The translations under genes were made by a program, and so were the position numbers. A stretch of 63,229 nt of DNA, counting the filler, from Ministeria vibrans ATCC 50519 (taxonomy: Eukaryota; Protista; Filasterea), in assembly GCA_943704425.1 (NCBI GenBank). It is 4 parts of 4 records of this genome, joined end to end, with 100 filler letters (N's around TTAATTAATTAA, not from the genome) between each part and the next. Parts side by side here need not be neighbours in the genome. Positions count along the whole stretch, not along the records: positions 22,495 to 52,802 come from CALSCP010000113.1; positions 52,903 to 63,229 come from CALSCP010000881.1; 2 more parts are not named here. One strand, 5' to 3'. The first letter of the stretch is position 1, and every line of letters starts with the position of its first letter. This document shows positions 52,742 through 63,229 of the stretch, piece by piece. The notes beneath the pieces are model-generated. The model ran no database searches. It was given only the letters and a program-made list of their open reading frames with translations, and was not told where the DNA came from.

Positions 52742-53077
52742 TAAAACCCGAAAACATTATTAAAAAGAGATCTGACACTTTGACTGTGTGTTTGGTACCT
52801 GTNNNNNNNNNNNNNNNNNNNNNNNNNNNNNNNNNNNNNNNNNNNNTTAATTAATTAANNNNNNNNNNNNNNNNNNNNNNNNNNNNNNNNNNNNNNNNNN
52901 NNGACGAAATTTGTGTGTGAAACTCTCAGTGTTTCCCTGTGTTTCCATCTTGCTCATGCTGGGATTGATCGTCACTGATAATATATCAATTTTGACGAAT
53001 GACTCTCAGTGTTTCGTGTGTTTCCATCTTGTTCTGCATGGTGCTTCTTTGCTCACCCGCCACCACTTTTGCTCAGA

Positions 53078-56102
<3,025 letters not shown>

Positions 56103-56220
56103 GCACCATTGAGTGTTGTGTTGAGTGTTTAGTGTGAGACAAACGTGATAGAGAGAGCAGATATATTGAAAATAAACTTTAAATTTTTATCAATTGTTTT
56201 CTACAATGCCGATGTTTTGG

Positions 56221-59005
56221 TTATGGTCTGGTGTACTCGGCAGCGAGAGGATGGTGGAGAGGCAGAAGTCGGCCAGGGCAGTGCATGAGGTCGACAAGGA
56301 CCTCCTCGGGAGCGTCGGGGAACGCCAGAGTGTTCCAGGCACGCGCGTAGTCGGCACGGACGAGCGAGCACGCAATGGGCTGGTCGAGACGGTCTGCGAG
56401 CGCCTTGAAGAGCAGCGCGCGGTGGAAGTACGTGCCGGTACGGAGAGTGCCAATGGGGATGACATTGGAGTGCAGTTGCGACTTGATGTCGGATGTGTGT
56501 AGTTCCCACGTGTCAGTGGCGCTGCAGTGTCGGACGACCAGCTCGGCAAGCACCGCAACAGCCGAGCGCACATCGTCACGAGAGACGTTTGCCAGGCGCT
56601 CGTTGGCCTCGCCGACAAGGCTTGCAAGTGCCATGTCCGCCTGCATGTCCACGAGGAGCACTGCACGACGGTGGCTCACGGGGCGTGCCTGTAGTTTGGC
56701 CAGGGACATGAAGGGTTGTGCGGACACCGCTCGATATGCTCCCATGTCGTAGAAGCCGTCGGGGAGACAATGGTTGGCGTCCACGCGCCCGTCAAGCCAG
56801 TACGCAGCGACTGTATGCCAGCGCAAGAGTGTTGCAAGTGCTGTGAATGCATAGCGAATGGGCTGTGTGTGCGGACGGCGGCTCTGAGTAAGACGCATGA
56901 GCTGCTCGAGCGCCCCACATTCACAAAGCTGCCGTGCCGACGAGGCGTCAACGCACAGTTGTTCGACCAGATACGCTGCAGCAGTTCGCACTTCGAGACT
57001 GTCGCTTGCCAGCAATTGTGGCACAGTCGAAAAGGGCGCGTCAGATGTTGCGTGGCCAGGCATGAGGCGCGCGTGCCAGCGAGAGTCCACAGCAAGCGCA
57101 GCAAGCGCGTGCAAGAGACGACTTTGAACGTGCGGGTGAGCAGCGTGGATGTGTGCCAGATGACCTGCAAGTGACGCCACTGTCTGATCATTTGCCCACA
57201 GTTCGTCTCGAAAGCGAGCATCCTGTGCGAGATTGTGCAGAAGCGACGCAGCATGAGCGAGACACGTCGCACGAACCACTGCCGCATCATCATCACCATC
57301 AGTAGCAGTCGCGTTGCCGCTCAGACAACCATTAAGATGAGTAAACACACTCAGAAGCACCTCGATGCCTTCGCAGGCGAGCGCTCGCTGTCTGTTCTCG
57401 ACGATCGCAGTGACTTCGCTCAGGGCATACAGGGCCATCTGAAGCTCATTGGCGTCATAGTCGTCGAGTGTTGCGAGTGCAAGGGGCTCACGAGCGCGCT
57501 CGAGCAGTGCTACAAGGGCTTCGACGCCCTGCGCACGGCCAATGGATGTGGCAAGTGCACTTTTGTGGTGTTGAGCAAGTGCACCCAGTGCCAAGGCGAC
57601 TGTTGCAAGCACGTTGCGGAGGGCAGTGGCGTGAGCGTGCGCCGCTTCGTTTTCATGATCGCATTGGCGGTGCTCGTTGAACATGTCGTTGGCGGTGTAG
57701 AGCAAATCAACCAAAGGTTCGACTCCTTGGGCGTCGTTGAAGAGCAAGCAAAAGGTGTCGTCGTCGCCGGCAGCGGCACCGCGCGCAACGGCCAGCGCCA
57801 CGCCACGCTGCGCCAATGGGTACATGGGAATGCGCAGTCGTTGAACGAGACGACGCGCGCCGTCCGCCTTGACGAGATGCGGCAGGGTGCGCGTGTCGCA
57901 GAGCAGAGTGGCAAGCGCAGAGTATGCGAGAAAGTGCACAAGAGAGTTGTCGATGGCCGACGTGTCATCAGCACCATGATAGAGCAGAAGCGCGACACAG
58001 CCAAGCTCGAGCAGCGCCGATCGAATGGGAGCGTCGACGGCCGCCTCGCCAACGCACTTGAGCAGCTCGGCGCGCAGATGCAGCTGTACAATGGACGGAG
58101 GGGTATTCACAGGAGCGTCGGGCGAGGGGGCGACGACTGGCTTCTGATCGGTGGAAGATCGACGAGAGCGCAGACGAGACGATTTCGGAGTGGTGGAGGT
58201 TATGGCTGCACTTGACGCGGTTGGCTCTACCTGGTCGGAACCGAGCAGTTTCACAATGATGGTGGGTCCTCCGTCGCGACAAAATGTCTGGCGACAGGAG
58301 AGGTCTTTGAGGCAAAAGGCAAGTGTCGAGGTGGCAAGGACGCGGATCTCCTCGTTGAGTGGCTCGCACGCGACCAAACGCAAAAGCGCCTGCACGGCAC
58401 CGGCGTCCACCAAGTCCGCAACAAGCCCCGCGTCGCATGTAAGCTGCTCGAGTGTCACACATGCGTACATGAGAATGTCGGACTCTTCGGTGTGTGGGTC
58501 GAGTGGCACGGGATCGACAGCAACGAGCTGGAGGAGACAACGAATCATGTCCAAGTCGCGCATTTGCCGACGCGCCTCAGCGTGCGCACACAGCTCGGAG
58601 AAGGCAAACAACACGTTGCGCATCAGATCGGTTGAGGTGTTTTTGTCGTGTGCGAGTCGTGAGAGCACGGAGGCGGCGCCCAGCGAGTGCAGTTCGTCTC
58701 TATTCGACGATGCTAAAAAGAAGTTGGTTGTTGAGGGTGATTGACAGCTGCAACGGATGATGACACTTACCCATTTCGGCGTATTGCGCAATGGTTCGAC
58801 AGGCCTTTCCACGTAAGTTTGCCTCCATAGACTCCGCCAACAGCAACATGGTGCGTGCATTGGTGGTTGTCACGGACAACTCGCCTTTACCGGCCGCCAA
58901 AGCAGCCACCGCAGCCGCCGCAGCCGCAGCCGCCTCGCTTTCTTTTTCAGCAGCAATGCGCTCCGCCTCCAGTTGACGTTTGCTTTTCTTCTTTGAAGAG
59001 GGCAT
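56221..59005 (-). CDS. ARMC3: Armadillo repeat protein 3 with C-terminal EDR1-like domain; 2 exons
   Basis: ARM repeats; YWLDGRVDANHCLPDGFYDMG; SNVIPIGTLRTGTYFHRALLFKALADRL...LVDLMHCPGRL. Confidence 0.9.
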
Positions 59006-59031
59006 GAATAAAGTGTTTGACTTTGTAGTTT

Positions 59032-59045
59032 GTTGTCATGGTGAT
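59032..59045. promoter_or_regulatory. RFX X-box in the 79-bp divergent spacer between ARMC3 and the docking-domain gene
   Basis: GTTGTCATGGTGAT; reverse ATCACCATGACAAC fits RTHNYY-WT-RRNRAC. Confidence 0.65.
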
Positions 59046-59084
59046 GATCGAAAATCGTATCAATTACTATTATTCTTTTGCTTG

Positions 59085-59361
59085 ATGAGCTCTGGAGTTG
59101 ACGAGTCAAAGGCACGCGACTATTGTGCTGAAAAGCATTTGCCACAGCTTTTTGAGGTGACATTTGGAATGAAAAAGAAAAGAACCAAACAATCTTTGTA
59201 TTCTTTCCAAGGCTCTCATGTCTGGTCTGCTGCTCCACCAACCGGAGGACCCCGTCGCATTCTTGGCAGACTGTCTGGACAAAGCAAGGACAAAGGAGCC
59301 GCACCAGCTTTTGTCGTGGGATGCGTTTATCATTGAGCACAATGAAAAAAAGACATCGTAG
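59085..59361 (+). CDS. ~73-aa stand-alone RIIa/DPY30-like dimerisation-docking domain (AK5 type); intron 59157-59211
   Basis: MSSGVDESKARDYCAEKHLPQLFE|ALMSGLLLHQPEDPVAFLADCLDKARTKEPHQLLSWDAFII...*; resembles the adenylate kinase 5 N-terminus. Confidence 0.85.
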
Positions 59362-59415
59362 TATATTTGTATCATACAATTTTATTATTATAATTATTAT
59401 TATTATGCAACACCA

Positions 59416-61254
59416 TTAACTCCACGTCTCAGCTTGGTAGCGCCGAGCCTTGCGAAGTCCCTCGAACCAGGCGGCGTCGTCTTTGACTTTGCCGTGAACG
59501 CGTGCCACATCGCGAAAGGCCTGCTCAACGGCTTGGGGCATCTGCTTGGCGGCACCGGCGACGTAGATGACGGCACCGTCGTTGATGAGGCGCCACACGC
59601 GCGCCCCGTGCTCGACAATGCGGTGCTGGACGTATATTTTGTCTTCTTGGTCGCGCGAAAAGGCAGTCACAAGCTCAAGATGGCCCTGGGCAACCAACGC
59701 AGACCAGTCGCTCTCGTAGAGGAAGTCGGCAGTGCGCGAACGAGCGCCAAAGAAGAAGAGGACAGGCGCAGCAGAGGAGGTGGGAGACGACACGGCGGCG
59801 GTGGAGGCGGTGGAGGCAGCGATGGCTGCTCGGTGGTGAATCATGGCGTGGAGTGGCGCACAGCCGGTGCCGGGTCCCACGAGGATAAGTGGCGGGGTAG
59901 GGGTGGCGGACGGCGGGGGCAGACGCAGGGTGCCGGTGCGCCACCAGACGGGAAGGCGGGCACCCGGGGAGAGCCCTGCAAGCCAGTGTGTGCAAACGCC
60001 ATGGCGTTGAGTCGACATGCGCGTGTGGTAGGCGACGATGGCAACGGTGAGGTGGATGCGGCTGGGGTGGGCGAGGGGGCTGGATGCAATGGAGAAGTAG
60101 CGAGGCTGCAACGGACGCACCAGGTCGAAGAGGTACGCGAGAGGCACGCGACCGTGCACCCCTGGAAAGTCCGCAAACGTCTCAAGGATGGTGCGCCGTA
60201 CGCGATTGCTGTAGGTGAAGCGCTCGTCTTGGCCCTCGGGCGAAGCAAACTCGCGCAACCGCTCCGCTTCAAGCACCGAATCAGTGAAATGAGCGAGCAG
60301 CTCAAAAAAGTAACGGGTAGGCACTGCCTCGATATCGAGGTGCCACGTGAGTAGTTGACGCAGTGTACATGGCTGCGTGACCAAGGGGAGTGGTTCAATG
60401 TCGTCGCACGAGGGCACAACGCGCACAAGCCTGTCGAGCTGCGAGTCATCCAGCTGAAACAAGGTGGCAAGTTGCTCAATGGCCTCGTTGCGGTTGCGCG
60501 GCTGCACTGCCAGCACGTCGCCCGGCACATAGTCTACGTGGGCGTCGCTGACGTCCAGCTCGAGGTGTCGCACGTCCTGAAAGTGTGTTGGAGCGGTGAG
60601 TCTGCGTTGAGAGGCGAGGGTCGCAAAAAATGGATTCGACTGCGAAAATGGCGCGTTTGTGGGCGCATCTCGCACTTGGTACGTTGGCAGCGGCCCGCCG
60701 GTACCGTCCGAGACCCATTCAATGCAATAGCGGGCAGGGGCCAGCGTTGAGTCGGGCTGGAGCGGCCAGTCGGGAGACAAGGGAAACGAACGCAACAGCG
60801 TCGTCCACAAGTCGCGCAGCCAGGGCCCGAGCTGTGCCTCGAACCCCAGGTCATGCGCATCGTTCCCTAGTGCCAGTGGCACGATGGGGGTAGCGCCAAG
60901 CTGACGCAGCCGATTGAAGAGGCGCTTCGCGACAAAGTTGAAACGCGGATAGGTCGAGTCACCCAGGCCGAACACGGCAAAGCTCAGGCCGGCAAGCGAC
61001 GCCGGGCCCAGGCGCCGCTGCAGCAAGAAGCGCCATGCGGATTTCATGGACTGGGGGGTGTCGCCGTCGCCCGTGGTGGCCACGACAAAGACGCAGTAGG
61101 GCGTTGCGGGAAGATGCGCAGCAATGCCAAAGGCGTCCATGGACGTGCACGGCGCTTTGAAGGCTCGTCGACGCCCCTCGCGCGCCACCCGCTCCGCCAC
61201 TTCGGCTGCTGTGCCCGTCTCCGTGCCGTACAGTACGGTGATGGTGGGGCGCAT
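59416..61254 (-). CDS. NDOR1: NADPH-dependent diflavin oxidoreductase 1 (Tah18); intronless
   Basis: VLYGTETGTA, ATTGDGD, VFGLGDSTYPRFNF, HFQDVRH, PRYFSIASS, LVGPGTGCAP, AFSRDQEDKIYVQH, RYQAETWS. Confidence 0.96.
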   Translation of the reverse strand: MRPTITVLYGTETGTAAEVAERVAREGRRRAFKAPCTSMDAFGIAAHLPATPYCVFVVATTGDGDTPQSMKSAWRFLLQRRLGPASLAGLSFAVFGLGDSTYPRFNFVAKRLFNRLRQLGATPIVPLALGNDAHDLGFEAQLGPWLRDLWTTLLRSFPLSPDWPLQPDSTLAPARYCIEWVSDGTGGPLPTYQVRDAPTNAPFSQSNPFFATLASQRRLTAPTHFQDVRHLELDVSDAHVDYVPGDVLAVQPRNRNEAIEQLATLFQLDDSQLDRLVRVVPSCDDIEPLPLVTQPCTLRQLLTWHLDIEAVPTRYFFELLAHFTDSVLEAERLREFASPEGQDERFTYSNRVRRTILETFADFPGVHGRVPLAYLFDLVRPLQPRYFSIASSPLAHPSRIHLTVAIVAYHTRMSTQRHGVCTHWLAGLSPGARLPVWWRTGTLRLPPPSATPTPPLILVGPGTGCAPLHAMIHHRAAIAASTASTAAVSSPTSSAAPVLFFFGARSRTADFLYESDWSALVAQGHLELVTAFSRDQEDKIYVQHRIVEHGARVWRLINDGAVIYVAGAAKQMPQAVEQAFRDVARVHGKVKDDAAWFEGLRKARRYQAETWS

Positions 61255-61529
61255 TGAGTAGATAATATGGAAAATATGTATAATTATTTTGAACAGATAT
61301 CGTAATCACACTATACTCGGTTACACGGCAGGCACAAGTAGTCAAGTGTGAATGGGTGGTTGGTTGTGTTGTTGTCAATTGTATATGCAGCGTCGGTGCG
61401 TTGTGTGTCTATCGCCACTGGGGTGAGTGCTCGTACCCCTCTCGCACAGAGAGATATGTTCCCATCTAACGTCTCTTCTTGGGAGAGGCTCTGTGTGTCT
61501 CTGTCGCACGAGCAACAACGCTGACTAAG

Positions 61530-63229
61530 ACGACTACGTATCGCTTCTCCCTGGTTCCTTTTACCTTCATCAGTCGTAATGGCGCGACCACAAGCTGGTG
61601 TTCGAGGCACTTGGCACGCGTGACGGCGCACCCGTCGTCCAATCCGCGCTGGGGCGTCCCTGGGGCGCAGGGCCAGTGCAAAGGACAAAGGACGGACAGC
61701 TACCGCAGCAATGCACGAAAAGCTTTGTTAGCAACCTGTTGTACGCAGGCACCTCATCCGATGGCCGTGGAGGGGGCAGCGAACGGCGCATCGCGCGGTG
61801 CCGCCGTATTTGTCCCGCACGAGGACACATCGGCAAGCACACGCAACCGTGTGCTTTTCTTTCCATGCACAGCAGCAGCTATCATCCAGAGCTGTAGGGG
61901 CTTTATGTGGTGTTTTGGTACAGTAACCCTTCACATTTGGAGAGACAAAATATGAGGCAGTACGAAAGACACTGAAGCTCAATCAGCTACTCTAAATGGT
62001 TATCGCGCAGGGGACCACCCGACCAGGGCAGGCACAACCGAAGAAAACAGGCAGCTCATGTGTGGCGCAATGACAGGCCTTCGCGACAACGGCCCTTTTA
62101 CGCAAAGCGATGTTTCCCAGCGCCTGGCCTGGGGGTACCGGTACGAGTGAAGCCATGCTTTTGATCAAGGCGCACGTCGTTCACCGAACATGCCACGACC
62201 GGATGGTGGCGACTCGAGACGAGGCTCCCGTACCGACAGTTCTACTACCTAGGGCCGGTCAGGAAGGAGTGTGATGACCAACCCGCCCTGCACTTGGTGT
62301 CTGGTTGCTGGTCGTTGGCCATGACGCGTCGCATCCCAGTCTACGCTCGAAAAGATGCGGTGGCGGCTGCGAGACAGTGCCTGGAGGCGGCGTATGAGCA
62401 TTACAGGGAGTGGCAGCGGCGTCAGTAGGCTGCTGCCCGATCCTGGTGTTTGTTTTTATTTTATTTTTCCCATGTTACCTTTTTCTTTCTTTTCTTTCTT
62501 TCTCTCCTTTCCCCCTTTTTGCATTTTCCTTCTTCCCTTTTTCTTCTCCCTTTTTCATGCGAGATGCTTAGTTTAAAATCAGGAGGCGTTTTCAGCTGCT
62601 GAGCGGTTCACTTGCTTGGGTGAATGGCTTTGCATGCAAGTCTCTCGGAATGTCCGCTTCGGCCCATGCGGGGGTGAAGCAGCCGCTTCGGATGGCTAGA
62701 TTGTCTTGTACAATGAAGCTTTTGCCCTAGGATGGGCCGATCATTAGGGTCGGTCAGGAAGGAGTGTGATGACCAACCCGCCCTGCACTTGCTGGTCGTT
62801 GGCCATGACGCGTCGCATCCCAGCCTACGCTCGAAAAGATGCAGTAGCGGCTGCGAGACAGTGCCTGGAGGCGGCGTATGAGCATTACAGGGAGTGGCAG
62901 CGGCGTCAGTAGGCTGCTGCCCGATCCTGGTCTTTATTTTTATTTATTTTTTCCCATGTTACCTTTTTCTTTCTTTTCTTTCTTTCTCTCCTTTTCCCCT
63001 TTTTGCATTTTCCTTCTTCCCTTTTTCTTCTCCCTTTTTCATGCGAGATGCTTAGTTTAAAATTAGGAGGCGTTTTCAGCTGCTGAGCGGTTTACTTGCC
63101 TGGGTGAATGGCTTTGCATGCAAGTCTCTCGGAATGTCCGCTTCGGCCCATGCGGGGGTGAAGCAGCCGCTTCGGATGGCTAGATTGTCTTGTACAATGA
63201 AGCTTTTGCCCTAGGACTTCCAAAAAAAA
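61530..63229 (+). mobile_element. Degenerate, internally deleted non-LTR retrotransposon with RT-like and RNase H-like remnants, duplicated 3' end and A-tail
   Basis: 61733-61766 reads as frameshifted NLLYA(DD)LI(L)MA; GASRGAAVFVP and SSYHPEL*GL resemble RNase H; multiple stops; ends in A8 at the window edge; boundaries approximate. Confidence 0.55.
62250..63216 (+). repeat. Tandem ~480-bp duplication (62250-62732 and 62746-63216)
   Basis: Both copies run taggg(c/t)cggtcaggaagg to aagcttttgccctagga with scattered substitutions and indels. Confidence 0.95.

Overview
Gene-dense eukaryotic DNA with short GT-AG introns and many (CA)n, (GA)n and (AAT)n tracts. It most likely comes from a flagellated unicellular holozoan such as a choanoflagellate or relative. 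This is inferred from SH2/PTB phosphotyrosine modules, PCM1, axonemal genes and MKT1 occurring together. About 23 protein-coding genes or fragments could be spliced by hand: NR2C2AP, LSM4, a WW-C2-RhoGAP-EF-hand protein, WDR70, TTC17-like, Misato, MKT1, CCDC148, an SH2-myosin tail, a PKA/PRKX tail, a bacterial-type (alpha/alpha)6 protein, a START protein, a PxWM-motif protein, transportin, pirin, an uncharacterised conserved protein, PCM1, CFAP65, V-ATPase C, a POT transporter, a SAP fragment, a PTB/YxxP-array adaptor, ARMC3, a stand-alone AK5-type docking-domain microprotein and NDOR1. A decayed non-LTR retroelement lies at the right end. Three 100-nt gaps carry an artificial TTAATTAATTAA linker, so gene adjacency across them is unreliable. 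The most notable observations are: a Ca2+-binding RhoGAP lacking its arginine finger; a PTB adaptor with about 22 YxxP sites; RFX X-boxes at three ciliary-gene starts, one shared with a microprotein missed by the ORF track; a ~38-bp element bracketing two genes as direct repeats; AP-1-bearing minisatellite arrays upstream of two genes; and an intron-containing gene of apparent bacterial origin. Family assignments come from recognising motifs by eye; no searches were run.
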